NCBI GenBank assembly: GCA_049724395.1
Contig: JAUGWO010000017.1
Span: 1-64,000 of the forward strand
Direction of reading: 5' to 3'
Length of the DNA: 64,000 bases
From: Spongospora subterranea f. sp. subterranea
Lineage: Eukaryota
The stretch's first letter is position 1; each line of letters starts with the position of its first letter. Under the pieces are notes generated by a model. It made no database searches, had not been told where the DNA came from, and saw only the letters and a program-made list of their open reading frames with translations. This document shows, one piece after another, positions 13,258 through 28,696 of this stretch. The position numbers and the translations under genes were made by a program.

Positions 13258-14823
13258 TTAAAGAAATTTTAAAGTTGGTGATTCGAGCAATAACAGATCC
13301 AACTGCTCGGGATGATCAACTGTGGACCGCGCCCTCCAAATCAAATGCTGTGCAGCTTTGACGTCCGTAATGCGCATCGCGACGGTTTGCCACAGTCGAG
13401 GGGAGACCCGTCCAAACCTACGTAACCCATTCTCCACCAGTTCCGGTACCACTGTAACCAGTTGTGGAGATGATATCACGTTGCACCACAGTGCAGGGTC
13501 TGTCGGTTCCTGTAACACGTTACAAGCGAAGGCCGCACAATCTGTAACCGTGATAGAGGCCGCGTTCCACATTGACACTGCAATCATCTTAAAGCGAAGC
13601 AGATCCGATTTCGTCCAGTTCAATTGGTGTAGTGCAATCGCAATGCTTTCCTCGAAAACCTCCGGAACCATAACGATGCATCGTAGATACTGTAACCAGA
13701 GGCTTAGGTCTCCAGGGAATGAAGTTACGGCAACACGATGGCAGTCAAGAACATCTGACAACGATTCCAGTGAGAGCGCAAACCTTCGCAGCATCAAACG
13801 AGCACGTAGAAGATGGAGTTTTGAGGATTTTGGCAGTGCCTCTAACGCTTCAGGTAGTCGTGTTTGACTATATGTGTTTAAGGCCATAAAAACAGATTCA
13901 TCACGAACTGGACACGACTGAACCACGGCAGCAAGCTGTGCAGGTCGATGGCGCTCGACCCATGAAACATATGAAGGCCATAATGAGGTACAACGTGCAA
14001 CGGCGTCCACAAACGGCGCAGGCGAATCATGGAATGTGGCCAAATAGTCAATACATTCCGCATCGTCACATGAAGCCAATGTCGAAACAACAGCGTCGCA
14101 CAAATCGGGTACATCTGCATCACGTAGCGAATCAAGAAATTTCGCTCGGAATTTCCAGTCGTCGGGAATGGCATCAATAGCTTTCTCAAACAGGAGTTTT
14201 GGTATGGCGCTATCTGCGGCAACTTGACCTATAACAGCTCGTCGTTGGCGAATATACTGTATTTCCATGCGAAAAAAACCCAGCCAGATCTCTCTGGATG
14301 TCGGCAACATTCGCAGAGCCCTTTGCATTATGATTCGCGCCGCATCCACATCCTCATTGACATCAAACTCCCACGACATCGCTCGAAGCCATATTCCTGC
14401 ACGAGATGAATGCAACTGCATGGCTCTTGTTAATGCCAACGATAAGGCACGATTACTGCCAATTCGTCGAGCGTAATCCAAGAACGCGCACCAAAGGCGA
14501 TAATCATTAAATTTATCGACCATTCGCCGATATAAAGCGTATTCACGTTTGCGGATTTGCGCGAGAATGACCGCAACAGGGACGGAAGCATCTAAATCGG
14601 TCTTGGCTAGGCGCTGTTCGATAAGAGCGTAGAGATTTGTTTCGAACTCAATCGCCTGAAGAAAGTCGGAACGGAGGGGATTGCGACGATGAATTTTATA
14701 TTCGAGCTGGCGGCGGCGAGCAATAATTGCGCGTTGTTCTGATGATGAAATAAGAGAAAGGCGTTGGAGATTATCGACTGACGACAGGTCATATTCCAGG
14801 ATACGCTCCACACGATCCGCCAT
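13258..14823 (-). CDS. UTP6: U3 snoRNP protein UTP6 (HAT repeats), intronless
   Basis: N-terminus MADRVERILE...IIARRRQLEYKI.RR....DFL..IEFE.NL typical of Utp6, followed by HAT repeats. Confidence 0.85.
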   Translation of the reverse strand: MADRVERILEYDLSSVDNLQRLSLISSSEQRAIIARRRQLEYKIHRRNPLRSDFLQAIEFETNLYALIEQRLAKTDLDASVPVAVILAQIRKREYALYRRMVDKFNDYRLWCAFLDYARRIGSNRALSLALTRAMQLHSSRAGIWLRAMSWEFDVNEDVDAARIIMQRALRMLPTSREIWLGFFRMEIQYIRQRRAVIGQVAADSAIPKLLFEKAIDAIPDDWKFRAKFLDSLRDADVPDLCDAVVSTLASCDDAECIDYLATFHDSPAPFVDAVARCTSLWPSYVSWVERHRPAQLAAVVQSCPVRDESVFMALNTYSQTRLPEALEALPKSSKLHLLRARLMLRRFALSLESLSDVLDCHRVAVTSFPGDLSLWLQYLRCIVMVPEVFEESIAIALHQLNWTKSDLLRFKMIAVSMWNAASITVTDCAAFACNVLQEPTDPALWCNVISSPQLVTVVPELVENGLRRFGRVSPRLWQTVAMRITDVKAAQHLIWRARSTVDHPEQLDLLLLESPTLKFL

Positions 14824-14845
14824 AGAATCACAACAGCACCTGAAA

Positions 14846-15923
14846 ATGAAGGTTGCTCCTTCCCAGATCACTTGTCCGGTACGGACATTGGCGTCAGATT
14901 TTTCCGGAGTTTTCCTCGCAAAAAATCAAACTGGCCATTTGTCATATTTGTGGGCTCCCTCGCAGGGCTGTGGACGCCTTACGCGATCAGGCCGACCAGA
15001 TGTCAACTGTGTAGACGTTCCGTACAAACTTCAACGATATACGAGGATGCTGTCCTTGACTGGATTTATCGAAATGCCAACTTCGATGATGTGGCCCACC
15101 ATCCTCTATGATTCTGGTTTATCTACTGTAGACAGGTTACACCGTATGGGATGCCTGAACGACCAGGCCAAAATCTGGTCGTTGATTGTGCAGTCATTTG
15201 GACGAACTCAGCGCCTACAGGACTTGTGCCGCATTATCAAAGGCTGCACTACGATCAGGGTCCTCGATTACATAACTCACTGTCGTGAATTATTCCTCTT
15301 CCTCTCCAGAAATATATTATTCCAGGTCTTGTTCCACAGCCAATAATTCCGTCGGACGTGAATTGCAGATGGGATTATTCCGACCGGTAGCTCAGGAAGG
15401 GTGTACAATTGTTCCCATATTTTCTTCGCTGTGCTGATCACAGATCAAGAGATGTGTAAAGTTTCGCAAAGTCATTGTCTTGGCAACCACGGCGGTCTTA
15501 TTCTCTTTTGTTCTGCACTATAAAACTCCCACCAAGGACGTTGTAATCATATTATTGGATTCAATGGACCAGGATGACTCTAACGTATTTAAATGTAAAC
15601 TTGGGAGTGGCGCTGTCAACAAGAGAGGTCGGCTCTCAAACACCTGCTAACTACTCATTTCTACAACTCCTCTGTCACCTGTGTCAATTCCCGTCATGTT
15701 GCTGACGAATGGGAGCTGTTTAATTGTTGCAAGTCGCAACATCAAGAAGCGAAAACTCGGTGCAAATGACTCAATCCCCCAACGACGAATGTTTGTAAAC
15801 GTCTGTTCAGTATTTCTGGATTCCCGTTGTCTAAAAACCAGGCAGCGATTTCTTCTGGAAAATTTGGAGACGCAATTGTTCCTAAAAGCCCTTTTTGGGA
15901 TAACTTGTCTTGCCGATCAATGA
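14846..15923 (+). CDS. Hypothetical multi-exon protein
   Basis: ATG at 14846, ORF segments separated by plausible GT-AG introns; no recognisable family. Confidence 0.35.
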
Positions 15924-15978
15924 ATAAATTACGACTTATGCGGAAATATATTCGGTAAAGAGACAAACTTCAATTCTC

Positions 15979-16028
15979 CTTATTGTCACATTAAGGTTAG
16001 GATCTTATTGTCACATTAAGGTTAGGAT
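15979..16028. repeat. 25-bp perfect tandem duplication
   Basis: cttattgtcacattaaggttaggat x2. Confidence 0.9.
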
Positions 16029-16632
16029 GGTATTATTCCAAGGTGACAGCCAACAATCGTTTTTTCGGAACTCTTGACTGCGATCAGTCAAGTCAAGGAC
16101 TGCATTGTCGCAAACACATGTTCATTGAAGCCTTCTGCAATGTTATTGCGTCATAAACAATCCATTCAGGCGGGGAAGTCTGACCACGAAAGTTAAATCA
16201 GGCAACCCCCATGCCGGGTACATGTAAATCGAGAGAGACCCCCCAAAATGCTGTGAACACCAAGGGAATCGAACTCGCAGACTAATGCCTGTTGGATACC
16301 ATGGACAACGTCAGACAACATTGATCAACCCCACTTTCTTCATTAGCAAGAACCGTTTTACAGAATGAATACAACTTCTTTCCATGATCTCAAATCTCTA
16401 TTGAAGTTACTTGGCAGTTGCAATCGAGAACTAAAGTCGTGATTCATGACTTTTCAAATCTCACGATTTTCAATTATCAATCGAATTTACGATGGGGTGT
16501 GTCAACATTTTCCCAGAATCAATCATTTCGCTCTTGTTGAGACCTTGTTTCAATGGTCATTTTATGCTTTCACGCCGGAGTAAGGCATCGAAATCAGCCA
16601 AGGAGATAATTAAGTAAAAGTGAGTAGAGGTT

Positions 16633-18394
<1,762 letters not shown>

Positions 18395-19321
18395 TTATAA
18401 CGGCGTTTGGCGCCACCCGACTTGAACACTTGTAACACCCAAATGGTCACAGTCCAGGGGCCATCATAATCTGCATACGTACTGGGACACAGAAATTCCA
18501 TACCTAAACTTATGGGTAAATCGCCTGGTCTCCTTTCTGTGAATTTCCACGTCTTTGTGCAGAAAATTATCAGCATTTTTCCAAGCTAATGACCAAGAAA
18601 TGGCAATTCATTAACATTCAGGTTTACTCGTCCAAACATTCTGATCGATATGGCTGAAAGTGACAATCCTGTCGAGGGAATTACAATTAATGTGACAGAC
18701 CAAATACTGGGTTAAAGTAAAGTGCAACCGCCGGGACATCTATTCACATTCTTTGCGTGCGTTATCTAGTGTATTTCTCGAAAGCCAACGCTTCAGTTTT
18801 ACGAACGTTTCTGCGATAATCAACGACGCAATGAGAACTGGAAGTGCAATGAAATCAGCATTTTGCACAAAAATCGGCAAAAGTACAACAAAGCATGCAT
18901 GACACACAGGAAGATGAATGTTAGCAATGTAAAGCGCATAGCGACCTTCTGAGAATGACAAGGCATATACGGGATCACGCAACTATTTTTAATTGTCGTT
19001 TGGCAGCGTCAACCTTGCAACAACCAACAGTTCGATTAAAAACAAATCTGAGAAGGCAACTTTGGTAAAAGTCCTCATCGTGAATGAGATTGCAATGAAA
19101 ATCGAGTATTTCAATGCAACTCTTCATAGTTTCTAACTTTCTGAATGGTGTTGTGTAAAGGGTCTTGAAAAAATATCATTGACGAATTTGGGGGACTAAA
19201 CAGCAAGCAAAGGACAACAGAACGACTACCTAGATTTTTGATGACCCTAATTAAAGTTGGAACGTGCAATGTGTAAGGATGGTTAAAGATTGTAGATATA
19301 AATACTGGATCGCTATTTGCA

Positions 19322-22074
19322 TTAAAGACGGGATGTAGATCTGACCCTAGATCTGTTGGCGGCAGGAAGCTTCTGAACAGGGCGGCCTCTTTGGATGCCC
19401 GACAACCCGGACCCGAACCGCAGACTGGCTATAGTTTGCACGGTGTCTCGAGGATCCGTTGACAATGTAATTAAAAAAAGAGTCTTGGAACGCCCTCCAA
19501 GTGCATCCGACATCAAATGCGTCAGTTTGGTGTCGCGATATGGAATATACTTCGCCGAAGTTGCTAGTGCCTAGAAACAAGAATTAAGATTTCAACACAA
19601 ATCCCATTGAACCGATAAACAGGCGGAGAGTCAACAATAGGCAGGAACAACAGGTTCACAAGCTAATTGAAAAAACAAAAACAGTGCGGTTAAAATCCAG
19701 AGCTACTGACGACTTTGCCAAAGAAATTGACTGACAAAAGCACGGCAAAAGGCAACACGATAAAAAAACTATTCACCTGAACACATGTCCCAAGACTTGA
19801 TAGGCTCCGGTTAATGTGAACAGTTTCCTTTACTTGATCAGGATGATCTGTTTGAATTGCATTCACTCGTTCGCTTCCTGCCAAATCAATGAACGACAGG
19901 CATGACGAACTTCCCTCCGTGCCGGTTCCAGAAGGTTCACCAAGGTCCAACCAAACTTGCATCACACAGTGACTACGTGATGATCTCTCCTAAAGACGGC
20001 ACGAATGAGCCTCACGGAACAACTGAAAATTCAGTTATGAAAAATAATGGCAAACGCCAGGCTTATGCTTTTGCTCAAAACTTCAAAATAATGATTCCTC
20101 AATATAAACCAGTGAAACAACATGACTAAAAACAGGATTCAGATCTGAAGCAATCAAGTCGAGTAAGACACAACACGCATCTGACATTGAATTGCGTTTC
20201 CCGGAAAGAGCGGTTATCTTGTGCTTCTTTCATCAAACATCGTAAATGATTCGCATCGACAACAGGTCGTTTTTGGAGGTTTCGGCACTGAACAATATCT
20301 GTTTTCAAAAATAATCAGTTTGGAGATATGCGTAAGATCGTGCATTAAAATGTTGGCAACTGGATCGAACCATCGTGATTTGCAACATAAATCAGAAACC
20401 AAGCATAAATTATTATTAATCATAAAATTACTTGCGTCGCAACGAAGTTCTACTTTCGCAGAGGGATCAAACAGGTCCACAAGAGTGTCGTTGTAAATTT
20501 CGAGGTATGTTAAGCTGATTCGAAATTCCTAAGCAGGCATACGTTGAATGCAACTGAATGAGCGGAGAAAGAAATCGAGTGAAGAAACGTTGGAACCATA
20601 CATGGTTCTTTATGCACGCCAATCTTTTCGATTCGGCGAAAATAGCATCAGCCGAACGGAAGACGATGCCGGGTGCGGTTTGAGACTCTGGGCCAACGAG
20701 TGTGAACCTGAGATACCATTAATGCAAGTACACGGAACAGCAACAAATTAGTTACGTTTTGCCAGAATTTGTAGCACCATAGGCAAATATGTTTACGTTG
20801 AATCCATCACAGGCACTCTGGATTAAAGGAAGGACGACATCAAATACGTCTTCTTGAGAAGCATCACGATGAAACACATGATCAAATCGAAACCTTGGAG
20901 ACCAAGTCACAAAAAATTGGATCGCCATTGAAAACCCCACCGATGCGTTTTGTTTAGCCCATCCACAACCACTTCCTGACGACCGTCAGATAAAGGAACG
21001 ATAGTGGGACCTGCACAGCCAATATCGTTAAAAATCAGAAGCGGCGTTGAAATGTTAAGTGGGACATACCGGAATCATTGCAGGTTCCTGGGCGAAGCCG
21101 CGCCATAATTCTTATTGAACCTCGCAGATCCTGAACTTGCTCATGCAAAGTGCGACGAACCAGCTCATGCTTGGCAAACTCCTCATGCATTGCCGCCAGC
21201 TGGGTTTCCAGGGAGCAGACATGTGAATGCAGCGACACCTACAAAACTAAGTCAACCAAACACAGATATAAAAACAAGACTAACAGACCTCTCTTGCGTC
21301 ACCATGCACTTGGCATAGATAAAGTCGCCAGGCATTAAAACAGCGCAGTAGAAGATAATGCTTTTGTTGTTTGCGCAACGCAGAATAACATAACCACAGG
21401 CGAAAGCAATACAAAGCTACTGCTCGGTTTGTGTGACTTTTAGATCGTCCAGCCGGTGAGTCCAATGACGTTTTCTTCAAAGTCGATTCAAGGTGCTAAT
21501 GGGGAAATCACGCTCACCAAATCATTTGTGAAGCCACAAAAAAACAGTAATACCAGAAACAATTTGAAAAACAATCAGGTGGCGTAATGTAAAGGAGCCA
21601 CATATGGTAACTGGTGATGAACTTCGTGAGAGATATACACCAATATTGATTAACAAATGCAAATTACGAACATGGCAAATATTGGGACGTACTGCGACGT
21701 TGATGTCTGACTTGACAGCAATGGGGATATTAATGATGTTCTCCTTATCCGCCAAAGCTAATCGCGCTCGACGTTGCTTCAGCGTAGTGGTGGTCTTGGA
21801 CTTTCTACGGATTTATTTTAAAAAAACCAAACGCAAATACTACGAACACTAACATGACAACATTGCCATTATCTTGTCGTCGATCCAACGAGCGACCTGA
21901 CTTGCTAGATGCAGCGGGGCAATTCTTTTTGGACCTCATCCAGAGCGATAGGGCCTGGCGCCGGGTTAAGGGTGCGTCAACACCAGCGTGAAATGCTGCC
22001 AAAACGTCACCATGTCCAACTCGGAGAAGCGTTCTTCGTCGCCCGTCCGGGCTAAAGGCAGCGAAATCGACCAT
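19322..22074 (-). CDS. Kinesin-14 family (C-terminal motor) protein, multi-exon
   Basis: Neck [21 protein letters not shown]-loop [55 protein letters not shown]. Confidence 0.92.
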
Positions 22075-22827
22075 TGCACAATCGTTATCCTAAATAACAG
22101 CACAATTTGACCTGTAATTTAATGACAGTGGTATGAGGGGTTGCGCAGGTGTCGTCACTCAGTGATTATTTTTGGTTTCCGCGCGCTAATTGCCACCGAC
22201 AAACATTTTGATTTCCTCAGCGACAGTCTCGCGTTCCTGAGTTTCTTTTCGTATTTAGAACGTTTCAAATAATTTCCTGATCATCACCCTCAACTGTTTG
22301 GTTATCCGGGTTCTAACGACCGCATTTTTTTCGGTGCCTCAATTTTGGCCGTCATCGAGAAGACGTATTTTGTCAACGGTTGACAAAAATCAGTGAGCGC
22401 ATGCATACCGGATCAGAACCAAGTGTAATACTCATACGATCAAGCTGCCCAACCTTATATTCTGACTTAGCTTGCCCCATACATGATGCCCCACATCAAC
22501 CAGAGTTAAATATTTTGGTCAAGTCGGCGAAACAGAATAGTTGGGGAATATTCTCCTCTGAATGCAGATCAAGAGGAGCAAAAGGAGTTTCAGATTCACA
22601 CTTAAACGTAATTGCTGTATGTCGTGTGGAAGCAGATATGGAGCCCACTTGGGGTGTTGGTCCCCGGATAAAATTAGCTCGGGGTCAACTGTGAGCTGGT
22701 CAAGGTTGATGTCACTGCTGTATCTTGACAGGACGGTGCACAGTCGACCCCAATGGTCCAGTAGGCGCAGCTTAACGTGACCGTCAAAGCGTTTTCGTTA
22801 TTTAATTGGTTTTGTTTGTCAAGGAAC

Positions 22828-25578
22828 ATGATAATCCGTTTTGAATGTTTACTCCCCTACCGGGGACCTCATCCTCTGCATCGGTTGTTTTCCACCGGGG
22901 TCATCCCTCAAAGTTCCGCATTCGCGGCAGTACCAACAACGGTCTTGCTCCGGTCCTACACGGTTCTTTGGCTATGCTCCCAGCGCTGGCTCACTTCACG
23001 TGCCATGAAAGCTCTTAAGATATCGGAAAGAATTGCTGGGCCTGCGTTGACCCATATGTTCCTGAGAAACACGGTATCGAACCTGTTCTGTTATGTCAGT
23101 TTTGTTCTCCCGTTCATTTAGTGTTTTCTTGATTGGGTTGTCGTCATTTATCGAAACCTCTTTGCTGATTGGAATTCCACAGCTTTTCAAGCAATTTGTG
23201 GCTGGTGAGTCAGCTGCTGATATCGGACCTACAATTGACAGATTGCGTGAACTCAATGTGGGCTGCATTCTCGATTACGCTGGTGATTCGAATCCCATCA
23301 TTTGCTGATCAATAACTGAATATTTCCGTATGAAGTTGAAGATGATCTAGATTCTGAACCGACTCATGTCGAATGGGATGCCAATATGGCTTCGTTTTGC
23401 GCCACCGTCCGGGCCGCACAGCAACATCAATCCATGATCGCCCTGAAGGTTGAATTTAGTGGTTCATCAAAGAACATCTTGGGACTTTGATTCCGCGTTA
23501 GGTAACCGCGTTAGGGAGTCCAGAACTTCTTGAGCACACTTCTAATATTCTAGCCAAAGTACTCAACATTTTTGCGAACTCACTGTTTTCTTGGGATTTG
23601 GACTTCACTTTGCACGTTTTTCAAATTTTTTAGTTCAAAAACGTACAATTTTCCAATTCTTCTACGAATTTCCTCTCCAACATATGATTCGCTGCGTCGA
23701 GTTTTCTTTATCACTTCCAGTGACATATTTTGTTTCCAGGTTCATTCCATGTATCGTTCGTTTAACGTCTCTAAAAATGGCGAAATGACACGTGCGGAGT
23801 TCATTAACGGTTGTGAGCGTATTGGTGTCGATATCAACAAACCTGGATTCAACATTAATACTTTATTCAACCGGTGCGACGGTGTCCATAGACTGATCAA
23901 ACTTTTCGATTTATATCCTTAGGTTTGATCGCGAAAAAACAAACACTATCAACTTCCTCGATTGGATTCTGTATCTCACACCGGAGAAGCTTCATACCAG
24001 ATCCGAAACGTATGTTGTTCTACACTGTTTAGAGTATTGTTTTTCCCTCAGCGAAAATTGGTGCACGCAATCATTGTTTGTGAGGTTCACATTCGATTTT
24101 AGTAATTCAACTGGGCTCTTTCATCTCCGATGATTCCCTTCTTCCCGTTTACAAGATCATAGCAATCATTAAATCTACTAGGGTGTTGCCTCATCTGGAT
24201 GAAGCGCAACGAGCTGAGTTGGAAAAACTGGTGTTCCGTCTAGAAACAATAATCGATGACGCAGCGGCTGCTGATGTCCATGTCCTTGTCGATGCCGAAC
24301 ACGTAGTTCATATTGGCATGGATTGTCTAATATTCTGACGCTTTTTAATATCTATTCAGACCTATTTCCAAAACGCCATCGATCATATCGTTACTAACCT
24401 TCAGGTTGGATCTCTTGTTCTTCAACATTACCGGTCGTTTCCAACGTAATTTTGCGTGGTTCAAGTTTTGTTCTCACCAATTGATTGTTCCCCAAAACCT
24501 TCACAAGCTGATATATTCATGCTTTGTATAGCGGAAGTACAATACTGGCGGTCGAAGCATAGTTTCGGGGACCTACCAGGCCTATCGACGTGACACAGCG
24601 GAACGCCTTAAGGTCGATATCAGTCGAGCTCAGCGAGAAGGTCGGTGGAACCCTAGGAAACAAATTGTCACCAATCAAATTCGTTCTTACTTCTTCCTTT
24701 TTCATAATTAATTTCGACGTTTTTTTGCGAATTTGACGTTGCGACCGTTTAACAATGTTGGTAGCAAGTTGCTGTTGGTTTTATAGAGTCCAACAAGGTG
24801 CCCTGAACGTTCACGTTAGGCTTTCGTTTCTCTGCTAAACTGGTTCGCGGAGCCTATATGACAGAAGAGCGTGCACGAGCGGCTGCCGAAGGATATCCGG
24901 ACCCGATCAACCCTGATGTCAATTCCACTACTGCTCAGCTTACTGAATGCGTTCAGATATTCTTGAGAGTACAAGTATTGAGTCACAACGATGCTATCGT
25001 TAACATTGCTGTTTCAGTTCTCAAAGAATGCAGATCTCATGTTTGCCTCACATAACGCCGATTCTATCGAATACGTAACAGGTAAAATGGTATGTAATCT
25101 TCTCGTTTTTCGGATTTGCCCACAGATTGCTCTAGTAAATTTTGCTTCTTTTTTTATTGTTTTCCCCTTGATGTTTCAGTTGAACTTCCATTGTAAAACA
25201 TGTTGTTTGTTTTTCGATAATGGTCGCGTCTTTCATTGCCATTTTTACAGGCAAAACATGACATTGCTCCTGATCGTGTCAAGTTTGCTCAGCTGCTGGG
25301 AATGGCTGATCATGTCACTAACACTCTATCAGCCAGTGGTTATCGGACTTTCAAATGTAGGATTGATTTGTTATAATTTGGTGTTGTCCCGGTTTTGGTT
25401 TTAATTTGTGTGTTTCCCAGATGTCCCGTTCGGTCCTATAGGGAAAGTCGTTCCATATCTGCTGCGACGCGCCGAGGAGAATTCTGTCGTCAACACAGGC
25501 ACCACAAAGGAGCGACGCCTCATGCTTCAAGAGCTTAAATCGCGATTTTTGGCGATGTTTTCCAATCGGAAGTCATGA
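22828..25578 (+). CDS. PRODH: Proline dehydrogenase with EF-hand-like insert, multi-exon
   Basis: FKQFVAGES, ILDYA, LVDAEHTYFQ, KLVRGAYM, FASHN, FAQLLGM, KYVPFGP...PYLLRRAEEN. Confidence 0.93.
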
Positions 25579-26760
25579 TTCGAAAAGAAATGGCGGAAAG
25601 TTCTAAAACCTTTCAGGTTGTGATGCGACGGGTTAAAAAAAATATGCTTTTCGCATCAATTATCGCAAATAGCATATTCCATTTGAAGATTCATTTTCCT
25701 CATTGCATAAAAGTGTTTTTTCAGTGGGCTTTTATAACCGTGTACTCATATTCAACATGTTTCCACGAATTCACAGCATATTATGGCAAACTTCGTCGGC
25801 AGTTACAAGTGCATGGCTCTGAAATCTGTCTGTAGAACCTGAATTTTTGTCGCTTTGCCCAATATCGAGCTTCCAATATTGGAGGGGATGTCGCCTCGTC
25901 AATGTCATCATATGTAGAACCACATTAGCTGAAACCGTTTTACTAAAAAAATCTATTTTTTTAAGTGTTTGCCATTCTCCGTAGTCCCATCAATATAATC
26001 CTCCTCTGAAATCGAATTATTTCTATGCGGATGTCGTTCCTATCGGGATATAGCTATGGCGAAGTGGCCAGGAAATGCGACAGATATGAATACGCGGCCG
26101 AGGTTATATGGTGTACGGTTGATGACCACTGACAATGAAGTGTTTTACGTTTGAAGTCCCATTGAAATTACTTCGATCCACAAAAAAACGCAAAACGCCT
26201 ATCAATACCGCTTCAAACAAGAATGGCTGCCCTAGCTGTATAAGTTTTAACGTCGATCAACAATACAGAAACAATGTCGTTTGCCAAACAAAAATGACCT
26301 CCACAAACGAGTTTGATTGCATCGTTAGACCAATCCAGAAGTTTCATCAAGCAAATTTGAAACTGAATCTGAAACCCGTTATGCAAACTCCAAATCCAAA
26401 TAAAGATAATAGATATATCATCCAGCAGCTATCTGGGCACTAATTCTCCATCATGTGTATTTACATGGAATGTTCATAGCATTATTGTTGCAGCACGAAG
26501 CAGAAAAACAAAAAGCATCCCCCCATATAGATTGCTAACCTGAATATCATCATTGTGTACGTTGATAATTGCCCCATCGCTCTCAATGATTATCCATTGT
26601 GGGGATCGCCTCAGAAATTTGATCAACGAGATCCCCCGTTTTTCTCATATCAACACACAAATTCGCCAACAATTTACGGCGTCCAGACAAGTTACGCGGC
26701 GATTGAACCTGCTTACCGAAATTCAAGCCTAGATCGTTTTTTGCTTCTTGCCTTTCATTT

Positions 26761-28134
26761 TTGAATCTTTGTACAAACCACGGGATGACCCTTGAGATGG
26801 TCCCTCGCAAGGCAAGGAATCGGGTGGTCTTGATGAGGACCGGCCAAGTTTGCCACAAAGGTACGAGAGGCTGCATGATCAATAGCTACGCTGGGCTGAT
26901 GCACGTGCCCAAACAGGTTATCGCGCATCCCGAGTATGATGCCGATAATGAACCCATATCAACCGCCCTCACCTATTTGATCACTCACTTGGTTTACACC
27001 GCAACGGCGTACATGGGTTCGCCTTGTCAGGGACGACGGTATCATGCTCTCAGTGGCACGATAATTCGATCATTCGTCGACCAGCAGGTCACCGATATGC
27101 TCTTCCAGAGCATGGATCGAGTCGCTTTCCACAATATGGAGCGACTTGCGGAGTGTAATGACTATTACACAGCTTTGGGATTAGGTAAAGTAGAGAGTTG
27201 TGTAGTTGTCAATACCATTGACTATGCAGCAGATCCACCCAATGGTCTGAGGACCGCATTCCAGGATTTGGGCGAGGATGCAGTGCTCAAATGGGTGCAA
27301 GACTCCCCAAGTTTCGACGACGGGGCGCATCTGATGTTCTGTTTCTACAGAGCCCGGCAACTCCTACGACACTCTTCGCCGCCTGTAAACAATGCCATGA
27401 TCATGGACGTCACTGGCTTGACGATGATAAATCCACGCCTGTTTCCGTTTTGGAATAACCGTGTCGACCAGCTCGCCAAATGTGGTTTTGGTCATGCCCC
27501 GACACGCTGAACGTGGGGGAACTGTACGCCGCCATGCTAGAATGGCCCGGTTCGTGGAATATGCGCTGGGATGATCTGGTTAATGTGGAGGTGATTGGCT
27601 GCCTCATCATTGTTGCTATCGCTGACGCTCCAGAACAGGACGACGACCGCATCATGACCAGCCAGACAGCGATCTCCATCCAGGGGCATGTCCGCAATTG
27701 TCAGCAGAAACTATTGTCTCTGTTTCAGAAACAATATGACTTCGCGAATATCCAGTATATTCCGGTCAGCGGCTACGTTCGCAGTCGGGGAGTTGGTGCC
27801 CACACGCCATTGCATATTGACCGGTTTTACGTCGTCAAGGTGGGTGCGCTAAACCCTAAAATGTCTGCCGCATTTAATTAATCATATAGGCCATGTAATT
27901 GTCTTCGATGATATAACTTTACACGAAGCGCCGGCAAAATACGGGTTGCGTCTGTCTTTCGACTTACAATCTAGCATCACATTATTAGCTAATGTATGTA
28001 TATATGATTCCGAGGACAAACTGTCCACCCTGAGTCGGCGTTGCAACGATCGTGGTCGGGGCCACCTTTGCAGTGATACGGATGCGAAAGTCGAAAGACA
28101 GACGCAACCCGCATTTTGCCGGCGCTTCGTGTAA
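26761..28134 (+). pseudogene. Rearranged 2OG-Fe(II) dioxygenase (PhyH-like) gene
   Basis: HTPLHID motif, then after a short intron GHVIVFDDITLH...RLSFD; overlapping ORFs in different frames and an inverted duplication. Confidence 0.55.
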
Positions 28135-28225
28135 AGTTATATCATCGAGGACAATTACATGGCCTATATGATTAATTAAATGCGGCAGACATTTTAGGGT
28201 TTAGCGCACCCACCTTGACGACGTA
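27828..28225. repeat. 138-bp inverted repeat (27828-27965 / 28088-28225), 122-bp spacer
   Basis: Arms are reverse complements with 2 mismatches seen. Confidence 0.93.
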
Positions 28226-28696
28226 CAGGACAATGCCTGTTGCCCTCCACCGAATTTCCTCAGCTGATTGTTTTAGCAGATCGGTTTCCTGACCAAACCT
28301 GAGATAAATGGTGATGTATTGGGGCAAAAACCACTGTCTCAAATCACCAACATAACCGAGATAACATCTATTGACTAGGTCGTGACGGGAAACCATAATC
28401 GACTGAGACAAGTGGGTTCTTATCACCAGAAAAGTAAACCCTGAAATATCACGACGTTGTAATACTATATAGCTAGGGATCATCATTGAGGGTAAGGCGG
28501 ACCGAATCAGGAATCAATCGATAAAGAGTTAAACGATTGATGAAACCCCCAATGATGAACAAATGGGAAGAAGTCGACCGACTCAATCTACTTCGGCCAC
28601 TTTACATGACGGGATAACCACCACTAATTGCAGAACATTGCTGGCAGGATCATGGCAACGGCCGAACTATATAAATTTGATTGAAGATTTAGGAAA

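Noticed and set aside
13322..13867. 181-aa plus-strand ORF
   Set aside because: Antisense shadow of UTP6
16245..16330. tRNA or SINE on the minus strand (gagttcgattccc B-box-like)
   Set aside because: No convincing cloverleaf, T-stem pairing or A box could be built
27850..27861. Telomere-like taaaccctaaaa
   Set aside because: Single unit within an intron-like segment, not an array
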